DNA of 64,000 nt from Ramazzottius varieornatus (lineage: Eukaryota; Animalia; Tardigrada). A program made the position numbers and the translations under genes. The notes below the pieces were generated by a model, which saw only the letters and a list, made by a program, of their open reading frames with translations, searched no databases and was not told the origin of the DNA. The DNA lies in contig BDGG01000012.1 in assembly GCA_001949185.1 (NCBI GenBank), forward strand, positions 922,973 through 986,972, in the 5' to 3' direction. Shown here in pieces: positions 42,373 through 55,413 of the stretch (positions are counted from its first letter, which is position 1; every line of letters begins with the position of its first letter).

Positions 42373-44343
42373 TTAATTTCGAGGAACAGCTGTCAATAAA
42401 TACTCTTTGGTATCCAAAGTGATTCCATTAACCGGCGACATATCAACACCTTCAGGGTTTTCCACAGTCAACTTGAAGCGCTGGAGAATCGTGGTGAAGA
42501 TGAGGAAAAGAGCCATCTTGGCCAGAGTTTCTCCCGGGCAAGAGCGCTTACCTGTAAAGAAATTCAAAATGAATTTCCGATGAAAAGTTTATAAACTTAA
42601 TGGAACAGTTTTATAAGAAAGAGGCGTGGGCAGATGAAATTAACCAGATTGTTTTCCGAACTGGCGCACACTTTGTCCCAACAACAGCGAAAACCTGCGC
42701 CACCCTAGTTAGCGATCTGGTTCATTTTCCCGCTCCTCTAGTATACTTCTGTGAGAATTTGCACAACGCTTACCGATGGAGTACGGGATGAAGTCGTTGG
42801 GAAGAACAAGTTCCTTTCCGTCCGCGGACAAGAATCGTTCGGGTCGGAAAGCGTCTGCGTCTTGCCACTTCGATTCGTCGTGGTGGACATACCACATGTT
42901 GGTGAAGACCCAGGCGTCCTTCGGGATGAAGTAGCCGGAAAGTTCCGTGTCTTGTATGGCTCGATGGGGAATCGATAAAGGTGCGATGCTAGCTAATCGT
43001 TGGGTTTCGTAAATTGCAGCTGATGTGAAAGGCATGGCTTTTGCGTCTGCATAGTTGGGTAATCGGCCGGATCCGACGACCTCGTCCACTTCCTGCTGAA
43101 TCTTTGCCTGAGCCTCGGCATTTTTGCCAATGTGCAAGAAAGCCTAAATATGAGAAAGATCGTATTGATACACTTTATTGAGAGACGAGGGATAGATGCG
43201 GGACTTACCCATCGTAGTGTGGAAGTTGTGGTGTCATAGCCGGTCAGGAACAGCTCGCGAGCCGCACCGACATACTGCTGGTCAGTGAAGAGCTTGGGTT
43301 TCCCGTAAAGTTCCTTCTCCTTGTTTCGGGCATTGAGGAAAGCATCGGTGTAGTCGCTGACGGTTCTTGTGTCCAGGCAATCATCCCGGTCTTTGATGAT
43401 ACTGTCGATGAATTTGGCAGCACCCTCGAGAGCCTCAATGACTTTCTTGAAGTTCGCGGCGATCGCCGGGATGAACCGTAGAACCGGGAAGATGTTTCTG
43501 AAAAAGAGTATCCGTATATATAGTATTCAGATCGTAACAATGTCAAAGTACTTCCTTAGGGTATGCGGAAAGAAAAGGAGAAGAAAAAGTACTTACAACA
43601 CTCCGCAAGGACCGAAGAAGCGAAAGACGGCGTTCATCTTGTCGAAGAAGGCGTGTGTTGACGGATCATCAAAGTCGAAGCGTTCTCCGAACAATACACC
43701 AGCAATCACACTTCCGACAGAGGTTCGAATGATGTTGTTGTTGCAAAACTTCTCTCCGTTCAGGCTGGCGATACTGCCTGCCATCTTCTCAGCTTCTTCT
43801 TGGATCAGCTCCTCGATCTTTCCCTGGCCAACGCCCAGCGCCCTGAAGGTCTTGAAGGCGAATCTCCGATGGATCGACCAGGTATCATCCGAAGCAAACG
43901 AAATACCTGCCGGAAGTGCTTGTGTTAGAACTCTACAGAAGTACCCGGGAACCAAATAAGGATGAGATTTAGGAAAGTCGGATCTTACCGTGTCCTTTGG
44001 CCGTGACTTCTGCGGTGTACATGTGTGGTCTTCCGCTGAGAACAGGCTGTGCGAGAGCTTCGCGTATCATATCGGCGTCGTTGAGCACAATGACAGTCTT
44101 TCCACCAAGCCGGCAACTGTAGATCTTTCCCAGCTTCTTTGCCCATCTCGAAAATGCCTCGTGCGGAAGTGAGCCCAAGAAAGGCAAGCTACCAAGCAGC
44201 GGAAACTGGAATGGTGAGGGAGGAAGTTTCCTGTTCTTCGAGCTGGACGATGCAGTCCATTTAGTCCAGACTGCATACAAGGCGAAAACCACGAGGAAAT
44301 AGATCAGGGTAGGGTTCCATACGTCAGGCACGATCACAGCCAT
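42373..44343 (-). CDS. Cytochrome P450, CYP2 clan, intact, 5 exons
   Basis: N-terminal anchor plus LPPSPFQFPLLGSL, WSIHRRF, I-helix ELFLTGYDTT, ETQR, RPERF, heme motif PYSIGKRSCPG. TATATAAG upstream at ~44446-44453. Confidence 0.92.
42629..42734. repeat. ~107-bp palindromic element (CYP intron)
   Basis: AACCAGATTGTTTTCCGAACTGGCGCA-N27-TGCGCCACCCTAGTTAGCGATCTGGTT. Confidence 0.65.
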
Positions 44344-45699
44344 GGTAGAGGATAGTGGCGGGGGGAATTTTTCTTATGTTGCTAAAGAAAACGTTTGGTG
44401 TGAACCAGTCGATAGTCTGAAGTTTGAGGAGAGGCATACTGGCTTCTTATATAGAGGTGCGGCAGTAACCTGTTGCTGACGAAAATGTTGTTTTGTAATG
44501 TAGCGATGCCTGACAAGAAAGCGAACTTCGTCTTCCGTAGCTACTGTGTATTCAGTGTCAAAGCCCTTTCGACAACTTTCTCTTCATTTACAGCACGTAC
44601 TACCCGTGGAATGTTTTTTCAAGTGTCTGCGGCGAACCGGCAAGTCCAATGGCAGGGTGTGCGACGCGTCTTCTTGGCGTACTTGAACGGAAGTTCTGCC
44701 GACAACCAATGAACATCTTCTCGTAGGTACACGACGATATATATGACTGGGAGCAACACACTTCAAGAACCGCGAACGCGATGGAAAACTGCGATATACG
44801 ACTTTTTCGCAGGTATACGCCGCAGGGCACGTTTTGGAGTTCACCGAAGCCTTGCTGTAATCTAAGCAACGGGAAGGTCTTTGACAGGCTTCCGCAGTTC
44901 GCTGTACTATCGTACGCATTCCCAACTTCCAAGACAATACCGTTATGCGGCAAAGAACCCTAATATGCCGACTTTAGTCTTCATATATGTCGATGGCACA
45001 TTGAACTCTTGCGTAATGCATTGGAGCTAACGGTACTAAATTCGAGCTTGCGAGGACGTTCAACTTCGTCTAACGGCTCGCTAGACGACGAACGCGTAAT
45101 AGCAGTGACCTGGCTTCTGATAGTGATTGTCCGCTGTCCCGATTGTTCGACGGAGCATCTTCGAACTTATAGTACATTCAACCTTAGTATGAAATCGGTG
45201 AACCGCGCTCGGTGCGAAGAACCGGAAAAGAGAGCAATGGATGGCAAGTACCTTCGATGTTATAAGATGTAAACAAGCTGTTGAGAAGCTGATTTGCTTC
45301 GCAGAAAGCTGATGATAAAGTGACAAACATCTTTGATCTTGTTAGACAAAGAAAAGCGGCGTCACGAGACGAAATTCCTGCATGGTAGTGCGGAATATTT
45401 GGGTATACCAAGTAATGTTGTTGAGTCGGTCGATGATGAAACGATGAAATCTCCTCCAGCTGCAATCACACGTTTATCACCCAGTTCCGGACGTTCAAGG
45501 TCGTCAAGAAAAGCTGATATGTATCGACCGATATGCTTTTTAAGAATCTCCTAGCACACCAGCGCAGTAATGTGTCTATTTTCCCCTATCTTTTCCTGGA
45601 CCTTGGGATACTAGCCAATGTACAAGGCCATGGCCAGCGTACAGGAGGGCTTTGAGGAATAGCATCGAATCTATGTCAAATAGTTTCAGTTGAGGCTTG

Positions 45700-46180
45700 A
45701 TGAAGAAGAAAATTTGCCCAGCGCAAAGTGGTGGCGGTTGTGGTCAAGGCGCAGAAAAGGTATCGGGCAGTATCAGGTGTCAGTGTCAGCTTCAGCCGAT
45801 GGTCGGTGGAGCGTTGGCTCTGTGGCTCCATCTGTTTCGCTCGGGCATGCAGTGACACAATTCGATGTTATATCTTGCGGCGCGGGTTCGCTTCTTTGCA
45901 GCAATGGTCCTTAGTACATCGAAAGTGAGGTTGATCCCATCTATTAAACGCCGATACGTTTGTTGAGGCCCGGAAAGTGTGGAAACCACAGCCAGATTGA
46001 AGCTCACCAGCGCGGAACCTCTGAGTGCCACATCCGCGTCGTAATCGACGTACCGTGCAAAGTTTCCTTGGGCGCGCTTGTAGTCTTCTCCATAAAGAAA
46101 GGTGGAAGAACGCTCAAAAAACGGGCTCTTCATCAACCGCGTATTCACGGTTGACCGTCGTGTTGATCCAAGCTCCGCAG
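45700..46180 (-). pseudogene. Degraded CYP exon-2 fragment
   Basis: LYGEDYKRAQGNFARYVD, YRRLIDGINLTFDVLRTI, TDHRLKLTL and TTATTLRW align by eye to exon 2 of the CYP at 46480-48290, with frameshifts. Confidence 0.75.
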
Positions 46181-46479
46181 CAGGGCGCGACTTGTCTCGT
46201 TGATTACTTTCTGAAAGCTAGTTTTATGGGCTGCCAGATCCTGGCTGGCCTGCCGAAAAGATTGGTGTTCGAAATTTCCAAGAATCGCTGTCATTTATTC
46301 AAAAGACGCTTAATCAGTTTTCAATACGTCGCGAATACGTATAGACATTATAAATATCGCTCTGAGCATTTCACAGCAAGTGCTGATATCTTCGAACCAC
46401 AAAGATGTCTGTCCGAAACCAAGGCACTTCACTCCTGACTTCCGAACACAGAAAAGGCGTTGTATAGCTAGAAGTTGTC

Positions 46480-48290
46480 TTATCTCGGATAAGCACATAA
46501 AAGGTAGGGTTTCGTATCGTTCGTCAGTCCACACCGGGGACGCAGGTCGGCTTTAGCACCCTGCGGAAATTCAAAACGGAACTTCTGAAGTAGTGCCGCG
46601 AAGAACAGAGACAACTCCATTTTGGCCAATGCTTCTCCGGGACAGACACGTTTGCCTGTAAGTGAGCATTATCCAGAAGTTATTCAAGTAAGGATCTGCA
46701 TATAGAACCATGGGAAGTACGTACCTGTGGAAAATGGCAGCAGGCATTCAGTTCGTTCTATTCGACTATGGCCCGCATCCAGGAAGCGTTGGGGTTGGAA
46801 CTGGTTAGGGTTGGGAAAGTTTACCGGGTCGTGATGGATGTAGTACAGATTAGAAAAAACGACTGTGTCTTTCGGGATCAAGTAATCTCCTAGCTCGCAG
46901 TCCTCCATGACTTTGTGCGGAAATCCGAGGGGCGCCACCGACGCAATGCGCTGGACTTCGAGAAGCGTGGCTTCGGTCCATGGTAGTCTGTCCCTGTCCG
47001 TTACCTGAGGAGGTCGCTCCCGTCCAATCTCTCTGTCAATTTCCGCCTGCAGTTTTTTCTGAAGCTCCGGATATTCGCACATGTACAGTAACGCCTGCGA
47101 AACAATCGTTCAAAAGACTGAGACGTCGGCAAATGAATGCACCCGGAACGCTTTTCCAGTTGGCGCACGCTTTTAGTAGATACCACCATAAACGTGCGCC
47201 ACCTGAAAGGACGATTTTGGCGAGATTATTTGCTGGCATCCCGACTATTTCGTTGCCGATAACCCCTTCGTATGGAGATGAGCTTACCCAGCGCAGAGTA
47301 GTTCCTGTTGTCTCGAACCCGGCCCCGAAAATATCGGACAACGTGAGCATCAGATTATGATCAGTGAAGCGCGCACTTTGCGTGTCGTTCCTTTTCACAA
47401 AATACGCCGCGATGTAGTTGTTGACGATATTGTCGGGATTCGATTTCTTCTCATTCTCGATAATGGCACGGAGGACATCGAATGTAAAGTTCATTCCTCT
47501 TGTCAGGCGATGGTAGATTTTACTGTAGTACGGCAAGTAACGTAACCAAATCCAGTAGTTCATCAGCGCCGAACCGCCAAGCTCGGAGGCTGCATTGGCC
47601 ACGTGGTCGACATACCTCGCGAAATCCGTTTCAGCATGCTTGTAGTCCTGTCCGAAGAGAACGGTGGACACCACGTCGGAAACTGCCGTGTTGAGCATCA
47701 TCCGCACGTCCACAGGGCGACCTTGGTGCTCCTCCAGGGTGCGAAGCAGGTTGAAGCTCTTGTCAGTGATGACATCTTGGAAGGAAGTTTTGCCTATGCC
47801 GAAATCCTTTAATGTTGAAAGAAGGAATCTTCGTTGCTCCTTCCAAGACTCGCCTTCGCTCATAATAATACCTGTAGCGCAACACAAAATATAAAATTCG
47901 TTAATTTCCCAAGGAATGCTGTGGACGCGTACCGATAGACTCCGGCTCATCTAGAGAGTAACCAAGGCGGAATAAGTGGTATTGCGGTCGTCCCGAGAAG
48001 CTGCTCTTGCTGAAAGCTTCTCGCACAAGGTCGAGGTCATTTATCACAATACACTGTTGAGGGCCCATCTGGCAGCTGAAAATTTTCCCCAGTTTCCGGG
48101 CCCACTCTGAGAAGGTATAATGTAGTCCGTCTGTGGAAACGAAAGGAAGGCATCCTACAATCGGCAGCTGAAATGGATGTGGAAGAGGTTTCCCTGTTGA
48201 GCGGTCGATTGGCACCCGTTTCTTTCGTCCAAAGAAATAAAAAGCCGTCGAGAGGCCTGCAATTATCAAAGCGGAGCTCAGAACGTCCAT
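46480..48290 (-). CDS. Cytochrome P450, CYP2 clan, intact, 4 exons
   Basis: MDVLSSALIIAG..., WKEQRRF, DIFGAGFETT, EVQR, PQRF, PFSTGKRVCPG, ending LCAYPR stop. Confidence 0.9.
47128..47234. repeat. ~107-bp palindromic element (CYP intron)
   Basis: GGCAAATGAA...TTTTCCAGTTGGCGCA-N27-TGCGCCACCTGAAAGGACGAT...ATTTGC. Confidence 0.65.
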
Positions 48291-50309
48291 CTTTCTGGTA
48301 GAAACTTTTATAACAAACTATTTCAAGGTTGGGCCACTTATACAGTGACAGTATTCAAGGCAGTCAGTACACTGTGCTTTAATGTTTTATACCGGAAACA
48401 AACAAGGACTGCAGCGTTGAAGTGCTGAAGCCTGTCGCAAAACAGGTTCTCCGCACGTTTCAAGTTTACTCGTATGTATATAGGATAAAGGCCGAGATTA
48501 ATCTGCACAAAATATCAGCCGGGCAGCTTATACATACAAGATAAAAAAACAGCGATAAGGTCCAAGCAGAGACACATGTCGCTCTTCTCAACGGATATGA
48601 CAGTGACACGAGTAACAGGAAAACCGACTGTGGGAGTCTTCCTGCTCCCTGCTCACATGAGCAGTCAACTTTTTGAACGGAAAATTCATCGCGGATGCGC
48701 ACACAGCACAAAGGGTCTTGTGTCATTAGTGAGTCCACACCGCGGACGTAGGTCTGCTTTGGTACCTGGTTGAAGCTCGAAGCGGAACTTCTGAAGTAAA
48801 GCCGTGAAGAACAGAGACAATTCCATCCTGGCCAATGGTTCTCCAGGGCAGACGCGTTTACCTGAAAAGAAATGATACTACAGTAGTAACCTGGGCCAAT
48901 AACACAGGCCACTTTGCTCTCTGGCATACGTAGCTGGAAATTACTGACCGGTAGAAAATGGGAAAAAATATTCGGCTCGAACTACCCGAGTGTGAGTTGC
49001 ATCCAGGAAGCGTTCTGGCAAAAACTGGTCAGGGCTGGGAAAGTTTGTTGGGTCGTGGTGCGCGTGATAGAAATTGGCTACCAGCACCGTATCTCGCGGG
49101 ATCAGAAAGCCGGCTAGTTCGGAGTCTTCCGTGGCTCTGTGCATGGCCAAGATCAAACTGATACGTTATGATATGGATAACAATCATATGCACCTTATAA
49201 ACTAGAACTCAAATACAGTACTTGTGGGGGCAATTATGGCAATTCGCTGGACCTCCAACAGTGTGGCCTCGGTCCAGGGCAGTTTGTCCCTGTCGTCCAG
49301 TTGTGGAGGTCTTTCTCGTCCAACTTCTCTATCTATTTCCGCATGTAGCTTTTTCTGGATCTCTGGATTCTCACACATGCAGAGCAATGCCTGTAACATG
49401 AGAAGTAGCAACGTATTATCCGAATGTTTTAAGCTCCTAGGGATGCAACTCTCACCCAGCGCAAAGTAGTGGCGGTTGTTTCGAAGCCGGCAGGAAAAAC
49501 ATCTGACAGCGTTAGCACCAACTGATGGTCCGTGAAACGTTCGTTTTGCAGTTCCTTTCTTCTGGCCAAATAGGCTGCTATGAAATTGTTGTGGCGGTTT
49601 TCCGGGTTGTCTTTCTTTTCCTTGGCGATAATGGCGCGGAACACGTTAAAGTTAGAATGCATTGCTTCTATCTGTTGCTGATAAGCTTTACTGTAAGGGG
49701 GCAAGTAACGAAGCCACAGCCAGTAATTCATTGCAGCTGCACCGCCGATGCCCCTAAAGGTGTCCGCTACATTGGCGAAGTCCGCTTCGTTATGCTTGTA
49801 GTTTTGTCCGAAAAGAACAGTCGAAACCACAGCGGAAACTGCCGTATTCAGCTTCATCCGCACGTCTACAGGTCTCCCTTGCTGTTCGTTCATGCTCCGG
49901 ACTAAGTCCTGAACCTTCTCACTAATGACATCCGGGAAAGAATTTCTAGAAACGTTAAAGTTTTTCAGTGTTAATCAGGAATCGGCGTTGTTTTGTCCAA
50001 GGTTCCCCTTCGCTCATAAGGATGTCTGCCAAGTGCCAACACCCAAGCTGTTTCACTGTGCATAGCCATTCAACTTTCTCTCGGAGAAGCTGTGGTCTCC
50101 TTGTCCCGATATCCTTTCCGTGAGCGTTTTTGAAAATGCCTCAGCCCTTAGAGACCAAACGGTATCGACCATATACCGAAGAAGCCCTGAAGGATGCTCT
50201 ATCTGCTGTCGGGAATGGAATGGCACTACGCGAAGCAGCTCCAGTCTTCAAACTTCCCCGCAGCACCGTCCTACGTTATGTCGAAGATATCACACAATAA
50301 ATATTAATA

Positions 50310-50470
50310 TGACATGTTTTAGCTCCTCGGCCCAATGTCCAGCACGTACGTACAGCAGTGCAGCCTTCGATGCTGGTTTTTACTTGTAACAAGAATCACC
50401 TGCCCGTGCCGCCGTAGCGAAAGGGCCTGGCTCGTAATTTTTACTGGCCCGTAATATCTCGTCGTGCGTG
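50310..50470. mobile_element. Right-end fragment of the TA-target MITE
   Basis: Matches 34900-35058, ending TAATATCTCGTCGTGCGTG. Confidence 0.8.
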
Positions 50471-51234
50471 CACAGTGTACAGTCTATTCAAGCCAAGTGT
50501 ATGCACCAGTTCGTTCACAGCCATTTTGAAATTCACCTTCGCACTTTTCGTCAGAAGTCATCGTCGTAGAACGATGCGCCTTGGTCTTAGCTACAAAACT
50601 CAATCAACCTTCAACTGTTTTCAGCACAGAAGAGCGATTGACCAGGTGCAGACCGTGCAGCTTGTCATCCGAGCGAATTTAAACCTTTTTCCGGACCTCA
50701 AATTTTAAAAAATCCAGACTGATCGGTATCGACCGATCTCTAGCTCGTTCGATAGCGGTTTGCATGCTTCATCGTTCTGCATCAGCGCTTTGGTTTAATT
50801 ATCTAAGCAGAAATTTTGAAAAACGAAAGGTCGTCTTCGAAAATCGTGAAAAATACCGAAAAACACGACCTCAGAGCAGCCTTCGCCGGTCGGCCTCGGA
50901 GAGTTTTGCGCCAGAGTTTTGAATACCTCTGACCGACCTAGGATACCTCGTACTTGTTCGAAAGGGAAGTTCAGGCTTCCACATAAAAACAACGGAAAGC
51001 CTCGGGGATCACTGAAAAACACAAGAGGGAAATCTCAGGGAATCTTAAACCTGCTGCACAAAGTTGGCTTGAACAGACTGTAATTACATGTAGCAAGCAC
51101 GCGGGAACGAAACTTTAGTCTCCGGCTCGGCTGAGTCGTATCCCAGGATGAACAGATGGACTAACGGACGGCCGGAAAAGCTGCTCTTGGCGAAGGCTTC
51201 TCGTATCAGTTCGGAGTCACACAGGACTACACAC

Positions 51235-51636
51235 TAGTCCTCCTCACGACAGGCCATAAAACCGTTGATTGTGTCGATCTTAAAAGTGGATTACGAAGTT
51301 TCGCTTTCAAGATAAGCAGCCCTCGAGTAGGTTATCTTGAAAGCGAAAACGGATTATTCTGCACACTTGACTCAAAATTTCAAATTTTCATTTCTCAGCT
51401 GATCTCTGTCTGCACAGTGCTTCACGTTGCGAGATACCGTTTCACGTATGGGCTTCTTGATACCTATTGGTGTCGGGGATATCGACAGACAGAGACTAGC
51501 CAGAGAGAAAACCATGAATTTCAGCCTAGTCAGGAAGCAAAATTTGCCTCACTCACGACTAATTTCCGTTGATCAGGCAAGCTTAAATTTTAAATCAACC
51601 GTTTGCGACGTAAACAACTCGTCGTGAGGAGTACTA
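51235..51636. mobile_element. MITE interrupting exon 1 of the CYP pseudogene
   Basis: TIR TAGTCCTCCTCACGAC / GTCGTGAGGAGTACTA (15 of 16). Internal perfect 17-bp hairpin at 51299-51348. Confidence 0.6.
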
Positions 51637-52202
51637 CTGTTGCGCACCCATTTGACAGCTCTAAATCTTGCCAAACCTTTCCGCCCATTCCGATAAGGTA
51701 TAGTGCAGACCTTCGATCGAGATGAAAGGAAGACATCCTACGTCGGGTAGTTGGAGAGGGTGGGGAAGGGGTTTCCCGGTCGAGAGGTTGACTGGCACCC
51801 TTTTCTTGCACTGGAGAAACAATAGACTAGCAACGAAATACCTGAAAGCAGCACAGCGAAGCCCACAACGTCCATCTCATAGACAGATCTTTAGGTCACT
51901 TCGAGCTAACAACAAAAACTGGCAACAGCCAGTGGGGTTCTTCATACATAGTGTTCTGCGGTAAAAGAGTTCACAGTGACCAGTTTTTGACGCGTAGCAC
52001 CAGGAAGCACAAAACCTCACTTTCAGAACAAAGTCTCTTGTTAACGATCTAAGTAAAAATGTCTTATCTTCTTAACGTCGAGTATGCAGTACGCACCGGA
52101 TAAAACACACTGACAGGTTCCAAATGAAAATATACGTCACACTGTCCATACAATATGACTGTATGAATGTCTTGTCAGAAATCCTGAGTATTGTACAGAA
52201 CC

Positions 52203-54417
52203 TTAGTCCGAGTCCGTATCCGATTCGTCCTCGTCGTCGTCCACAATCTCCCAATCGTCTTCATGGTCCTCGCTGGCCCTCTCACGTTCATGTTCAGCCA
52301 TGAGGTACAGGTAGTCAAAGTTGGCCTTCTCCACATCGGCGTCAAACTTGTGGGGCTTTTCCTTGCTCTTCCCGCTGAGCCGCTCGAACTGCAAGACAGC
52401 CTGAATATCGTAAGAGCCCAGACGACTCAGGAGAAAGGTTCCCGTGATTGTCTATAATATCAGTACCTCAGCAATCAGGTCCTGCCCGCTTCCTTCCAGC
52501 TCTATGTTGGTTATGCTCTTGAAGAGGTCCTTTATCGAGAGCACTTCCACTCCTGAACGACTGAAGAACTGCAACAGGAATATCACCATATAGAAGCTTT
52601 GCTTTCTGTATTACAGACAACTTCATCGAGCGGAGAGTAGTCACTTACGTTGTAGACGTTCGAGCAATCCCTGTACAAGAACTCCAAAGCCCGTGGATGC
52701 GCAGGCTCGACAGACTGGCTTACGTCAATCACCCACACACGGTCGTCATGCCATATTAGGTTGTACTCCGAAAAATCGGCGTGGATGAGCCTACAGTCAG
52801 TGTACATTCGTCTCATGATCTGAAAAGGCAAGTATAGTCACAATTAGATTGTTGTTATTGACTGCTGTATTGAGTCGGGTAATAACCTGCAGGGATGCAT
52901 TTCGTACACTGTGTTACTGCCACGAAGAGAAGAACAACTTACCTGACAAGTCTCCTCATATGCGCGTTTCCTCAACTGTGGCGAAAGAACAGCATCCTTG
53001 AGTCTCGGAGCAGCTGTCTGGTGAGTCCCCAAAAACTCCATCACCAACACATGCTTTCTCAGCAGGAGCGGTTTCGGGCATGGAATATCATTCTCCGTCA
53101 TCCTGCAATATACGATGAGGCGGAGATCAAGCCCAAGTACCACAACGTCCATCAGAACCAAGAGTCAACTGTTATATACCGTTTGAGGTTCAACATTTCC
53201 TTCTCTGCCCAGAATCTAACAATCTTCCTGGGGTTGAGTTTACTGAAGCGTTCTTGGAAGCGATAATCGTTCCGAATGTATGGACCTCTGTTCCTGAACT
53301 CGTTCAGGGTAGTTTTGTAGACCTTGATAGCGCATTCTTCCGGTAAAGGCTGGTGGTCGTGGGTCCCGCCCACGGCATGAAGGACTACGGATTCCTTACC
53401 TACAGCCAAATCAGCTTACTATTTTGCGTGTGACCATAAAACGTACCCTGGCTTACCAGTGGCGACAACACCGTTTATGGCTTTCAGAACCTCTCCGCTG
53501 ACCATCTTGAACAGAATAAGGCGAGTTCTGGGATCGACTGCCATCGTGGCTGTAGCCACATCGTCTTTCTTGTCCTTCACTCGGTGTCCGCGACGGTCTT
53601 GCTGGAGCGAGTGGACCTTTAACTCGTTGAAGATCTTGTTAGGAATCTTGGAGTCATGCAGAAAGTCGTCTCCAGTGGCGAAGTCTGTAAAGGCTTCGGT
53701 TAGAACACTGCGACAGCGTCGGTACGAAAAGTTCAGTATATCTTAAGCGAAATACGCCTACTTGGTGGAAAGTTCGCCATTACTCTGTCTGCGTTCCGTC
53801 GTCCACAGATATCGGCATCGTGCTTTGTTACGATGTCTTTTCCCTTTCCAATGTATCCTCGTGCCCCTATCTGTGGTAACTTTCCAGGCGTCATGTCAGG
53901 TTCGGGAAAATCATGTATAGGGTCCAACTCGTCATGGCTTTCGGACGGATGCAGACGACGATGGTGGACCATGGAGACGGATACTTTACTTGGTCCATTA
54001 TAATGACGTTCTTTCCGCTGGATCATCTCGTCGTGCTCTAGGTCTAGCTCATACTGTAACATCTACGACGAACAAAACAGATCATCAACCTGCTAGATAA
54101 AGCTTATATGATCATACCAAAAATACCTGGGCAATCATTGCGTCATTCTGTTCCTCTTCCGTAAGACTGGTCTGGAAATCTGCGGGATTGACTTTCTCTG
54201 ATACTTCGCTCACAAGCGCAAATCTACCAGGATGCTTCTTGTCCGAGTTGTGAAGTTGAGAAACTAACTGTTCACTCATAACATCAGCCAGGGATGACGT
54301 CTGGCTAGGAGACACGGGTTTTGCCCAGGCATTAGATCGGGGACTCGTACTATGAGGCGTCTGAGAGTCCATCATGCGATCGACAGGTAGTGATGTTCCC
54401 GTAATGGAACCACTCAT
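52203..54417 (-). CDS. RIOK3: Serine/threonine kinase RIO3
   Basis: [22 protein letters not shown]-terminal domain, [63 protein letters not shown]. Confidence 0.93.
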
Positions 54418-55413
54418 CAAACTGGTAAAAATTCTTTGTCGAGGTCCGAGACTGAAGAGAGCACTAAAGCCTATAGCACAGCCAGGACAGCAAGTTGTTG
54501 AATACTACTCGTACTGATGGAGAAAATACGTTCGTGTCAAAAGCCTTGGGGACGACTCTTACCTGGACCTGTCTTTGGTCCCGATCGTTTACGGCACTTC
54601 CAAGATCCCGTGCGAAAGGCTGACTTAACTTTCACGCGGATAAATAACCAGAAGAGCAAGAAGTGAGAATTTGAGAAATCAGAAATTTAAAATGATGTCA
54701 GAGACTCAGCGTTCACACGTCGATTTTCGTTTCAATCGTTTGTTTGCGTGCTTCCCTTACCAGACTGATGATGTCATCTGACAAGCGTCTCTTGAGCAAT
54801 AAATCAAGCGCTACGGACGAGAATGGTCAATCAATCCCACGCAAATCAACTCGATAGCGACTGTCGGGAATTTCGTTCACTCAGCCTTACTGAGTTTGCG
54901 AATATCACTCAGGCACTTCCGGTTTGCACACAGGACCGTGACTGTGTACAGTTCCTACCTGTGAGAAGTGACAATTGCTTCTTCTGCAACCGAACAGCGT
55001 CTCTGCACGAGACTGCCGGCCATGCCCTGCGCAGCACGATCAGCTGATCGACGTCCGGTTATGGTTCAACTTGATCAAGTAATCAAGTTCGCGTCTGCTC
55101 AGCTGATCGGTCTCATGCGAACAGCATAGCGAGCAGCCCCGTGTACGCACGTACCGTCCGGAACTGAAATCGGGCGTTTGAACTGTCACATCTCACAGGT
55201 AGGACTGTACGTAGTTTGGAGTCTGGACTCTGGACTCTGGTACTTTATCTAATGTCGACTTCACTCTCCATTGTCCACTGCTGTCTGGATCCTCCTTAGC
55301 TTCCGTCTGGTAAAGTAACCTGCTCTAATTACCGGTGTGCTCTAGGCTGTACCATTTGTGGATATCACCGTCTCTTTTTGGAGGTTCAGTGAAACGCGAG
55401 CAGGTGGGCGGAT

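Larger units (their letters stand above)
48686..51875 (-). pseudogene. CYP pseudogene, tandem paralogue of the 46480-48290 gene
   Basis: Exon 1 MDVVGF...GKPLPHPLQLP...FGKI*SCQMG has a stop and is split by ~1.5 kb of inserted DNA (remainder EAFSK near 50130). Frameshift near 49970; disruption near 49155-49220. Heme motif GKRVCPG is retained. Confidence 0.82.

Noticed and set aside
44584-44953. Possible additional CYP remnant
   Set aside because: Only vague resemblance; no ExxR, PERF or heme motif.
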